Shown in pieces: positions 29,702 through 39,171 of a stretch of DNA of 64,000 nt. Position 1 is the first letter of the stretch. Each line of letters starts with the position of its first letter. Made by a program: the position numbers and the translations under genes. The notes under the pieces are model-generated. The model made no database searches. It was not told the DNA's origin and was given only the letters and a program-made list of their open reading frames with translations. The DNA is taken from IMG/VR virus record IMGVR_UViG_3300017917_002466, positions 124,001 through 188,000 of that record. One strand, given 5' to 3'.

Positions 29702-30598
29702 ATATCGCTCTCGCTTTCTATTTCGCATAACGTCTGCCACACGGTTGATCGTTACGGCCTACCTTGCCAATCACCAGATTCACGTTCAGGAACATCATAT
29801 CGCCGTTTAGATAAATCTCCATAATATGAATAGGCCGTAATGTCAACCTGTGGCTGTTGTACGTCTGTGGAAGGAGCGGATTCTTTAGTTAATGCGGTGC
29901 AGCCATGACCGACACCCTGAACACCTTGCCACTCCCACCGAGCTTGTATATAGTGACGACAATCTTTGAACATTTGCACCGCCTTATAGATCGTTTAGAG
30001 CGACTGGAATAGCGTACAACGTGTGCCAAAGTATGAAGGTGTGAAACAATTTGCGAAGCGAACATACTTTGGCTGTTGTGTGTTGGTTTTCGCTCCACAA
30101 TATTAAAAAGCAATTTGGCGATTGTAACGAGGCCAACTCAACCACCCTCGTATCCCATCGGGCGTCCCCTTTGGTGGTCTACATAGCCGTGGACGGCTTA
30201 GCCAAATTGCCTATAAATTCAAAGAGCGAAAACTTACACACAACGTATACGCTATTGTGAAGTAACTATGTTATTTAGGCGCTCCTCTAACTGTGAAATA
30301 AGCGACAATGCCTGTGGATACGACTCCATTGCTGACGGAACTGAATCCCGTAGAAACTTGAGCGCCGCCACAATAGCGTTGTTGTGCGAAGGTTTTAACG
30401 CCTCCTCACAAAACATTTTTATGCGACCCCACGCCAGTTGTTCAGACGAAGACCCTTTTGCATTAACAAGTGCGCTAACAGATGATAGTTCATTTTCAAG
30501 CATAAAAACTCCTAAATAAAAAGCGTTAAAACTTTTGCACAACGGGATCAGGCATTGCCCGACAGTTTGCGCGGTGCTTCACAAGCGATACAAACGCT

Positions 30599-30895
30599 TC
30601 ACAAAGCGCGAAGTTGCCGCGCCCATTTACTTAACTGCTCTGCACTTGGTACGCCACCGATATTTGCTATGCGCACACCATCCTCAAGCTCAGTGGCAAT
30701 TTGGGCGATAGCCGCGCTTTGTGTGTTGGTTGATGTGGAAGGAATGCCCACCTTATTTTTCTTTCGGCGGGTAATCTTTCTCCACCACGAATGAACAACG
30801 GAACAGATAATAGCAACCAATCCTATTGCCAACGCTACGCCAAGGAACACCAGCCCAAACACATCATGAAACGTCCATACGAAAATAGAACCCAT
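30599..30895 (-). CDS. cassette ORF, membrane protein
   Basis: AGGAG RBS; long hydrophobic segment. Confidence 0.6.
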   Translation of the reverse strand: MGSIFVWTFHDVFGLVFLGVALAIGLVAIICSVVHSWWRKITRRKKNKVGIPSTSTNTQSAAIAQIATELEDGVRIANIGGVPSAEQLSKWARQLRAL

Positions 30896-30954
30896 TTTTT
30901 TCTCCTTACCCGCCGAACTATTAATTCAAAAGCGGGATTTATTTTGCACAACGG

Positions 30955-31131
30955 TCAGCGCACAGCCGATGCGGTACGCTTACCATTTTTGCTACCCCGT
31001 TTCGGCTTGCGCTTGTTGTGTGCTGTTCGGCGCGACTCTAATCGCTCCCAGGCGGCCAGCTCCGCATCACCACGGGCCTCCGCCGCACCCATCACAGCAT
31101 CAAAATCATCAGGACCATAATCGTTTTTCAT
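30955..31131 (-). CDS. cassette ORF of 58 aa; basic tail shared with 6456..6761
   Basis: HNKRKPKRGSKNGKRTASAVR vs ANKRKPKRGKRSTGRTASAVR. Confidence 0.6.
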   Translation of the reverse strand: MKNDYGPDDFDAVMGAAEARGDAELAAWERLESRRTAHNKRKPKRGSKNGKRTASAVR

Positions 31132-31414
31132 TTGGCCGCCTTTACAATAACGCTCTCACGCCGAATGGCATCACAACGTTCACCGCACGCCGGATGCGGT
31201 ACTCCGTTTACGGCTGCGGGTGTTGTGCGAAGTGCGGCCCGCTTCCGCAAGTATTGGCGCGACTTCGCTACGGTGCGCCCACTGACCTTCCTTGTCAAAC
31301 ACAAACCTTGCAATTACTTTTCCACAGCAAATCTCAGTTTTCAATGAATACCACTGCAGTTTTTTTCGCGCCATTATAACCTCCAAAAGGGCCGCATTTT
31401 GCACAACGTCTGCG

Positions 31415-31663
31415 CTACTGGTGCTGTGCGCATACTAAGCAGGCATGTTTTTTACACTTTCGACTAGTAATTACACCACAGTCGTAACCAGCTCCGATGT
31501 GCGCTTCGCATGGCACCATAGCGCTGTTGTGCGATGAATTTGTTGACTCCGCCAGTGCTGCGCGAATGGTTTCCAATGCACATTTACAATCTGGACACTG
31601 GTGTTGATCCACGACTATTTGAAAATGAGCCAAGGCTTTCTTAATTTCCATTCGCGCCTCCAA
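31415..31663 (-). CDS. cassette ORF
   Basis: 5' end near-identical to that of the 28620 cassette. Confidence 0.6.
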   Translation of the reverse strand: MEARMEIKKALAHFQIVVDQHQCPDCKCALETIRAALAESTNSSHNSAMVPCEAHIGAGYDCGVITSRKCKKHACLVCAQHQ

Positions 31664-31695
31664 TATGGTTCAGCAAATTTTTCGCACAACGTATG

Positions 31696-31962
31696 CTAAA
31701 CGGCTGATGCCTTGCGCTGGATAAAATAGTCGTGAACATCTGGATACCACACACATTTACGACATTTATATAAATCCTCGTAATCGCTACCATAGTACGT
31801 TTCACATTCCTTACAGCGCAAGGTTTCAGCCTTTAGCGGTTGGTTGCCTGTTTGTGAAAGCTCCTTAGTGTCGGCAAATTTTAAATATACTCCGTCACCA
31901 CCTTGATGTATGTCGCAATCACAATCGCAACTATTAAACACAAATGTTCTGAAATTTGCCAT
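31696..31962 (-). CDS. cassette ORF with zinc-binding tail
   Basis: AAGGAG RBS; CKEC...CRKC inside attC. Confidence 0.6.
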   Translation of the reverse strand: MANFRTFVFNSCDCDCDIHQGGDGVYLKFADTKELSQTGNQPLKAETLRCKECETYYGSDYEDLYKCRKCVWYPDVHDYFIQRKASAV

Positions 31963-32216
31963 ATAATATCGCTCCTTTCACAAATTGCAACCAACGGTTG
32001 CCAAAGTATGAAGTTTACGTTTCGTAAATTTGCGAAGCGAACATACTTTGGCTGTTGTGTGTTGGTTTTCGCTTCACAATAATGTAAGGCGCGGGGCTGC
32101 ATAGGCTGAGTAGTGACCACCGCAGCATATATCTCCACCGAAAGTACGGTGAACCCTCAATTGTCACCGCGCCATATAAATTCCAAAGAGCGAAAACTTT
32201 CACACAACGGTTCGCA

Positions 32217-32474
32217 CTACTGCTGTTCGTGCCAATCGGTTCGTTTGCCAGTAAACCTACTGCACGCATGGCACGTGGGGCTGACACAACCACCTATGTT
32301 ACGTTTGCAAGATTGGCATGACAGCATAGCGCTGTTGTGCGATGAATTTAGAAGCTCCTTAATGTCGTCAAATTTAACCCAAGCCCCCTCATCGGATGCA
32401 ACCATTTGATGAAAATTATCCATAGTTTTAGTACGGTTAAACCACTCTAAATTATAACGGGTTAAATTTGCCAT
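32217..32474 (-). CDS. cassette ORF with zinc-binding tail
   Basis: 5' UTR identical to the 31696 cassette, different attC. Confidence 0.6.
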   Translation of the reverse strand: MANLTRYNLEWFNRTKTMDNFHQMVASDEGAWVKFDDIKELLNSSHNSAMLSCQSCKRNIGGCVSPTCHACSRFTGKRTDWHEQQ

Positions 32475-32868
32475 ATAATATCGCTCCTTTCACAAATTGC
32501 AACCAACGTTTACGCAACGGGTGAAGTCGCCACAACTTTTAGATTATGACAATACCCTTGCTTTAATGTACAATGATCCGATAAACACTTTAAACTACAC
32601 TCGATTTCACCCTTGCGTTGTTGGTTGTCTGTAAAATTTTCTACCTTAGATGCAAGAGCGGCACACCATACGAGATGGGTATACTGCTCCTTATCTAACG
32701 TAGATTTACAACCAATACTATCAAACCATTCTCTACAAGTGCCGCTCATATAAACTCCAAAGAAAATTTTATTGCAACCAACGTTTGACAAATGGTGAAG
32801 TCGTGTACTCACGATTTAGGCTTTTCGTTACCATTTGTTTGTTGTAAGATGTTTATGCCACTTCCTTA

Positions 32869-33165
32869 TTATCCGTTGGCGCATCTTTGTTTTTTGATAT
32901 AGTCTAAAAGTGTAACCTGTTCTTTTTCTGGTAACTGTTCAATCACTTTTTTATTGAAAAAATATTCATCCGTAAAACCACCAACAAAATCTAACCATTT
33001 TCCTGAAATCTTTGGTAATGGTAACTCGGTGCCCCGATAAGATGCAGACATAAATATCTCTGCTGGTACGCCGTTTAATTTCCGGTAAAGTGTTCCCCCA
33101 CCACTTTTCTGATGTTCCTCTGGATACGGTGGGTTCCAAACGCCTGTGAATTTTAGTTTTTGCAT
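32869..33165 (-). CDS. cassette ORF ending before its attC
   Basis: AGGAG RBS; 98 aa. Confidence 0.65.
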   Translation of the reverse strand: MQKLKFTGVWNPPYPEEHQKSGGGTLYRKLNGVPAEIFMSASYRGTELPLPKISGKWLDFVGGFTDEYFFNKKVIEQLPEKEQVTLLDYIKKQRCANG

Positions 33166-33496
33166 TTTTTCTCCTGCGCCAACATCTGAATATCAGAGTG
33201 GCATAAATTTCTTACAACGTTCACCGCACAGCCGATGAATTGCGCTGCCAGTTACAAGAAAGATTTTTTACACATACATCACCAAACCCTGCTTGATAAC
33301 TACACATTCCACTATATGCACAAAGCAATTTTTCGGCTTGCGGTTGTTGTGGGATGTGGAGCGCAGGTTCCTTAGTGTCCTGCGCGGCACGCTTCGCCCA
33401 AAAATCAATCCATTCATCACGAGTAATAGCTGGTTTAGATGGCATAATGTGACTTTCTATGAGCCGCGCCTATCATATAGACCTGCGCGGAATTTA

Positions 33497-33560
33497 CCAC
33501 AACGTCTGCGCAACTGCGCGTAGTTGGGCCTTGACAATTACGACGCTTGCGCTGTTGGTG
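33497..33560 (-). repeat. attC-like site of first cassette of array 2
   Basis: CACCAAC agcgcaa...ttgcgcagac GTTGTGG; R'' matches the cassette start GTTGGTG. Confidence 0.85.
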
Positions 33561-33795
33561 GATGTGCCTGCCGACTCCGCTTGCTCTGCGGGCGAACCGG
33601 CGTCAACAACAGCGCGAGGAAATGATCGGCGGCGCGATTGCCTATAGTGTGCCGTTTGGCCGATGAATCACGGCTACCCTCCCAACGAGCACAGTCGTAA
33701 TACGCCATGGCGATGTTGGCCTGATAGGCACGGTACAGCCCCTTGTCGCGCCGTAACGCCCTTGTGAATACCTTGAACGCCTCTTGAAACTCCAC
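33538..33795 (-). CDS. first cassette ORF of array 2, paralog of 6456..6761
   Basis: AGGAGG RBS; GTG start. Confidence 0.7.
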   Translation of the reverse strand: MEFQEAFKVFTRALRRDKGLYRAYQANIAMAYYDCARWEGSRDSSAKRHTIGNRAADHFLALLLTPVRPQSKRSRQAHPPTAQAS

Positions 33796-33851
33796 AGGCG
33801 CCTCCTTATTGTTCGCCCGCCTACAATCGCGTTCTCGGCAGGCATTTACAC

Positions 33852-33891
33852 CAACTAGTTAAATGATGTCATTCCCTTGTCTAACTCTTTG
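33852..33891 (-). other. attI-like recombination site, copy 2
   Basis: CAAAGAGTTAGACAAGGGAATGACATCATTTAACTAGTTG, identical to 7641-7680. Confidence 0.8.
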
Positions 33892-34095
33892 ATTTTCATA
33901 AAATTTTTTAAACTTATTGCTCAATTTATCTAATGGATAACCGTCTTGTATTAAAGCCCTTATTACAGCATACCGAATATATTTAGAACGAGTAATTTTT
34001 AGCTTTTCTCCTTGATGCAAACAACCAGTTGCTAAAACTGGTTCTAAATATATCTTATAGTCACTTCTTATCTTATCAGACCATTTTGCTTTCAT
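33859..34095 (-). CDS. small basic protein, possible ribbon-helix-helix DNA-binding protein, overlapping the attI-like site
   Basis: ITRSKYIRYAV motif; promoter TTGACA-N17-TATATT at 34102-34130. Confidence 0.5.
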   Translation of the reverse strand: MKAKWSDKIRSDYKIYLEPVLATGCLHQGEKLKITRSKYIRYAVIRALIQDGYPLDKLSNKFKKFYENQRVRQGNDII

Positions 34096-34368
34096 ATTTT
34101 AAATATATATTATTTTAATGAATTTGTCAACCCCTCTGAACAATTATATCATCAGCCAACATTGCAATACCTTTGTTATCGCTTCTTCTATTTAAAATTG
34201 CGGTCTTGAAATCTCTTGTCATTAACTTCTTTGCGACTTCGTATTCTTCATCAGTCAAATTGAATGTAGATGGATATACCCTCATATTTCGGTTGATCGC
34301 AGACATATCCCAAACTTCAAGAACCTTTGTCTTGCTTGTCAGTTTAAAGTAAGGCTGAATACGTTCCA

Positions 34369-34740
34369 TTAGGCAACCTTTCGACTTTCCTTGTACTTCC
34401 TGAAGTTCTCTACAATCTGATTATGTTTTTCTCTTGAGCAGTAAAAACACCAGTTGCCTTGTAGTTTGTTTGAGTCCGGCAAAAGACAACCAAACATTGT
34501 TTTCTCAACTCCATTAATAACTATTCTCTCAATTGAAACAATACGGGCTTGTTCAAAGTCAATATCAAATTCACAGTTTGAAGCTTCTTCCGCTTTCTTC
34601 TTTATCTGGTCGGCATAATCTCGATTCATCCGTTCAATGACGTTACGAAGCTCTCCGTTCTCTTTCTCCAATTTCTCAACCTTATCTTGAAGAAGTTTGG
34701 CGTCAACTAGATAATCCAATCCTTTGAAGAAATTCCACAT
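34369..34740 (-). CDS. hypothetical coiled-coil protein
   Basis: AGGAG RBS; own promoter. Confidence 0.6.
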   Translation of the reverse strand: MWNFFKGLDYLVDAKLLQDKVEKLEKENGELRNVIERMNRDYADQIKKKAEEASNCEFDIDFEQARIVSIERIVINGVEKTMFGCLLPDSNKLQGNWCFYCSREKHNQIVENFRKYKESRKVA

Positions 34741-34795
34741 AAAGTTCTCCTTTTCTATAATATAATGATTGCCAAATGTTTTGTCAAGGTCTTTC

Positions 34796-34990
34796 TATAA
34801 ATACATATAGAAGTTAAGAGACAGCGACTGATCCTCGTTTCTTTGCTTACCCAAAGATTATCTTAGCTTCCTCACTTAAACTCGGTAAGGAGTATCTTAT
34901 GCCAAGAAAATCCACTCGTGAAGAATTCATTACTAAAGCTAATCAAATCCACAATTTCAAATATGATTACTCCAATACAACGAATCAATT
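34796..34990 (+). pseudogene. leader RNA copy 3 plus N-terminal endonuclease remnant
   Basis: cttacc/ggtaag pseudoknot; ATG 34899 MPRKSTREEFITKANQIHNFKYDYS then homology lost. Confidence 0.75.
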
Positions 34991-35835
34991 ACGGAAACTT
35001 TGTCCCATCTATAACAGACTGTTTTTGTAATTCATCAATCTTAAACTGCGCTAACTTTCCTAGCTTTTCGTGTTTGATATAAAGGATGGCTCCCGTATCT
35101 GAAGCCATTATTTTTTCAAATCCATCCTTCTCGTCTTCGGTTAGAGTATCTCTGTAGATTTCTTTGTAGTGTTCGTCAACAACATGGCAATCAAACAACT
35201 TCACATCACCCAAAGTTGTTACCTGTAAAATTGGATTGATAAAGTACTTAAGCATCTTGAACAATTGGAGTAAAGTTGTCCTGAGTCCAAGAGAATCTTA
35301 AACAGTTTAAACAAGGAATTTGACCAGAATAACAATAAGGTTTTCCAGATGTTACCATTAGATAAAGCTGATATGAACCACAATTCTTACAATCATCACT
35401 CATATGCTGACCTCCTTTACATTTGGAACAATTTCTATCCTGTATGCATTCTCTATCTTCTATATTTTTCATCTAAGAAAAACATCGCCTCTTTTAAGTG
35501 AATCTATGATTTTAGATTCTTCTTCCTCTTTTGTCTTCTCCATCATTTTTTGAAAGTCTACTCTAGTTGATTTATCCGGTCTGTCACCACATTCTTGACA
35601 AGTCATTTTATTAGTAGTTACATCAACCGAGATATTAAAACTACCACATTTTTGACATTTATAAACACTGTTACAATCAACATCAAGTTCACCGTCTAAA
35701 AAAGGATTTGGTACTCCTTGTTTAGTAGTTGGTGAAATATTTTTTAATGTATTTTTACTTGGGATTAATTTATTTTTTTGTTTATATTCATTATATAGAT
35801 TTTCTAATTCTCCTTGCATAATTATTCCTCCTTTA

Positions 35836-36082
35836 TATAAATATATATATGAAGTTAGAAGACAGGGAGTAATTAACCTTTCTTTGCCAATCCAAAGATT
35901 ATTCTGACTTCCTTGTTGTGGCTCTAAAAAACATCTTCAAGCCCATCATATTAACAACTTCAGAGATTTCAAAGAACAAAGGCTTCTAGTCGAAAACGGT
36001 ATTACTTTGTGTCAAGAATGTCATAAATTAATTCATAAACAATTCGGTCGTTTAACTAATAGAAAAAACTTAAACGAATTTA
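35836..36082 (+). pseudogene. leader RNA copy 4 fused to HNH C-terminal remnant
   Basis: Leader breaks after P1; CCGSKKHLQAHH...NGITLCQECHKLIHKQFGRLT. Confidence 0.75.
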
Positions 36083-36826
36083 TGAATCTTCAATCTTCTT
36101 GAAAACATCTATTTCACAAATTTCATTTTCTTGATGTTGAAAAACTAAACGGTAATGATCTCTTATTTCTTTTTTGAGTTTTTCACTTCTTTCTCTATTA
36201 ACAACTGAAACTATTAAAGAATCTTTTCCATCTGATTGTTTAATCACTTGTTGAAATATTGGAAAGAAAAAAGAGTCCGTTGTCAAAGTATAAGGCTTCC
36301 AAATTTCATTTTTCATTCTTCTTTTTCCTTTTGTATTTTACCTTAATCTTTTTAAATTCTTTTTGACTTTTTTCAATTGACTTTTGCCCTTCTTGTACTA
36401 TTGAAATAATTATTTTATCTTCGAGATTGATGGGATGGTCTATCTCAATAGTACTTTGACTTTCTCTTACATATTCGTGTATTCCAGAAAAAGACTTTGT
36501 CCAAATGCTAAAACAGTATTCTTTCCAGATAACTTCATATCCTATTACTTTATCAATAAATTTTCTAACTTCTTTATTGTTATGAGTACGATTAAGAATT
36601 GCAGTCTTACCAGTGTCAGAACAAATCTTCTTTATTAAAGAAATATGATTAATATTAATAAAACTTTCATAGATAAAAGAGTTGTTAATATCAGTATAAT
36701 AATTTAATATCTTCAAAGGAATACTGTTATCAGCAACAGCAATAAAAGCCTTTGGAGCTTTACCGTATTTAATACAATAGACTGTAAGTTTCTTTTTCAT
36801 TTTTCTCATTTCTATTTATTATCTTA

Positions 36827-37486
36827 TTAAGATTTTCCATTGTCAATCCTCACAAACTTTTTTGAAAAATGATTATAGATAATACCCCATTTATTTTTAA
36901 GATGTTCTTTGACTTTAATTGGAAATCCTTTATAAATAAAAGCACATCTATTTAAAGAACAAGTTACCGATGACTTAAAATAATTCTTACAAAAATTAAA
37001 ATGTGGTTTAGAAATTAATTTTAAAAGATAAGGATTTGTAATATATAAAGTTTGAATTTCAGCAAGTTCATCGTGTATTTCATTATTACTATACTCGTTA
37101 AGATAAAGTCTTTGAATTGGAAATTTTTTAATATAATCTTGAATTATTGTTGGATAAATTTGATATTGAAGTAAGTGTGAAAATTCGTGAATAGTAATAC
37201 CAAAAAGAGTTATATCTTGAAGACTACCGGGACAATAAGGCTCTTCAAAATCTTGTTTTTCGACTTCGTTCTGATTCTTGCATATTAATGGATTAACAAA
37301 AATTCTATACTTTTGACCTTTCTCAAAAGGTTTATATAATCCTGCTTCTACACTAGAAAAATCATAAGCAATAGATAAGTTTATATTGATTTTATTTTTC
37401 TTTAAAAATTTTTCAATAAGAATTATTGCTGCTTGAGTATCATCGAGTGGAACGTCAACCTCAACCCAAATTTTCTTCTTTGTCAT
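36827..37486 (-). CDS. putative zinc metalloprotein
   Basis: IHEFSH and DELAE motifs. Confidence 0.55.
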   Translation of the reverse strand: MTKKKIWVEVDVPLDDTQAAIILIEKFLKKNKININLSIAYDFSSVEAGLYKPFEKGQKYRIFVNPLICKNQNEVEKQDFEEPYCPGSLQDITLFGITIHEFSHLLQYQIYPTIIQDYIKKFPIQRLYLNEYSNNEIHDELAEIQTLYITNPYLLKLISKPHFNFCKNYFKSSVTCSLNRCAFIYKGFPIKVKEHLKNKWGIIYNHFSKKFVRIDNGKS

Positions 37487-38198
37487 TTTCTTTTTCCTTG
37501 GCTATAACAATTAAAGAATTAATAATAATATTTTTGGGAATGATAGTATTTTCTTCTTTACTATTTTTTACCAGTAAAGAAGAAAGTCGATTTTCATTAG
37601 CTAATCTAAGATCATTTTCCCAAATATTAATTATGTTTTCTTTTTCTGATTCATCAAACCATTTTCCAATAAAAATAATATTTTGCGCCTGATTTAATTC
37701 AATTCGATACCTCATTAATAAACCTCCTTATAAATCTTAAAAATTTTTTATTTAGCATAATATCCAGCTAATAGTCTGTCCAAAAGAAGTTTAAAGTGTT
37801 GTAACGTACATCTTGGGCAAATGTTTGTGTTACAATGATTGTCGTCTGAGCATTCTTCGCCCCAAGGAATACTTGCAACCATTGGAGTATCACCACTAGA
37901 AGCTAGATTTATTTCTCTGTCTTTTGGAATTTTATGCTTTGGAGCGATCTTAGCGATTATCTCTGGCATATTCGCGTGAACAAACTTAAAGGAACCAAAG
38001 TCCTGCTGTTCCTTTAGCTGTGCAATCTTTTCTGTTATTGCTTCGGAGTCTTGAGTCTTCTTTTGAAGTTTGACTTTCAAGATTTCTAATTCTTCAATTA
38101 GCTTCTCCTGTTCTTCCTGAAGTTCCTTCATTTGTTTCATATCAATCTCCTGTTAAATATTCATTAATATTATATCATTTTTTCAAAAAGTTAAAAAA

Positions 38199-38858
38199 TT
38201 ATCTAAACTTACCAACATCTTTGTGACCGTGATTTAAATTAAGATTTCCAATTTCACAAATTTTTTGTACTCCAATTTGATAGTTATTTATGAAAATTTC
38301 ATATTGTCCTTTATATAAATTTAAAAAAGACTGAATTCCTTCTCTTGGATGTATCCACATACATCCATTTTCTTTATAAGTTTCAAATTCTTTGTGTGAA
38401 ATATAAAACCAATTGTCCTCAACCAACATATTAAAATCATCAAAAAGAAGTATTCCATTTTCTTTTAAAATTCTCCAAGATAAAATTGCGTCTTCTAATA
38501 CAGATGGTGCAAAATGGTCACCATCAATATATATCAAATCATACTTATTACCTCTAACATATTCCTCAAGTAAAGAAGAAAATGAATAATCGCACTTCCA
38601 TTTAAATCTACTAATGTCATTATCTTTTGACCATTCTTTAAAATTATGACTAAAGTTAGGCTCGTGTGCATTTGGATCAATTGTCGTTAGTTTACAATTT
38701 GGTAAATTTTCCAGAAGATAAAAAGTTGTTTTTCCTTCAAAAGTTCCAATTTCAAGTATTTCAGGACAAGTATTGTGTTTAAAATGACTTACTATCTTTT
38801 CAAAGTTTTTGTAATGAAAATCGTTCCAAAAGTCCATACTGAACTTATAATCTTTCAT
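38199..38858 (-). CDS. class I SAM-dependent methyltransferase (Methyltransf_24-like)
   Basis: LEIGTFEG, YDLIYIDGDH, GILLFDD. Confidence 0.85.
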   Translation of the reverse strand: MKDYKFSMDFWNDFHYKNFEKIVSHFKHNTCPEILEIGTFEGKTTFYLLENLPNCKLTTIDPNAHEPNFSHNFKEWSKDNDISRFKWKCDYSFSSLLEEYVRGNKYDLIYIDGDHFAPSVLEDAILSWRILKENGILLFDDFNMLVEDNWFYISHKEFETYKENGCMWIHPREGIQSFLNLYKGQYEIFINNYQIGVQKICEIGNLNLNHGHKDVGKFR

Positions 38859-39049
38859 ATTGCCTCGTTTTCAGAAATTTTTCTTCCATCTTCCTTCATC
38901 TTGCGATAGGCCCGACATTGTTGAACAGTGGCTGCAGAACCACTCTTTGAAGCATTCTTACACTTGCAGAATTCGTATTGACCCCATTTACAACAATATA
39001 TGCTTGGGCAATCATAATTATCCATATCAACCTCCTATTTTTATTATAA

Positions 39050-39171
39050 CATATTTATCAAAAAACGACAAAATTAAAAATAACTTTTGTAAACAAAATA
39101 ATATCACCCTTATAAAAATTACTTATAAAGATGATATTACAAATTATTTAAATATGTGCGTCATAAATTGA
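39050..39171 (+). pseudogene. DUF559-like endonuclease C-terminal remnant
   Basis: KNDKIKNNFCKQNNITLIKITY resembles QNDKTKAQYCFDNNIRLIVIPY of 12265..12957. Confidence 0.6.

Larger units (their letters stand above)
25633..33855 (-). mobile_element. integron-like gene cassette array 2 (about 26 cassettes)
   Basis: GTT junctions about every 200-450 bp (33497, 33212, 32776, 32501, 32202, 31989, 31684, 31401, 31171, 30946, 30537, 30238, 30014, 29725, 29438, 29101, 28864, 28591, 28299, 28001, 27707, 27409, 27123, 26771, 26487), each closing an attC-like hairpin. Confidence 0.9.

Noticed and set aside
26703-33647. Plus-strand ORFs within the cassette array and antisense ORFs elsewhere
   Set aside because: They cross cassette junctions, lack RBSs and shadow better-supported minus-strand ORFs
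25633-33855. CRISPR array interpretation of the repeated GTT/AAC motifs
   Set aside because: Repeats are variable-length imperfect hairpins separated by 150-350 bp ORF-bearing segments, not identical short repeats with 30-40 bp spacers; no cas genes
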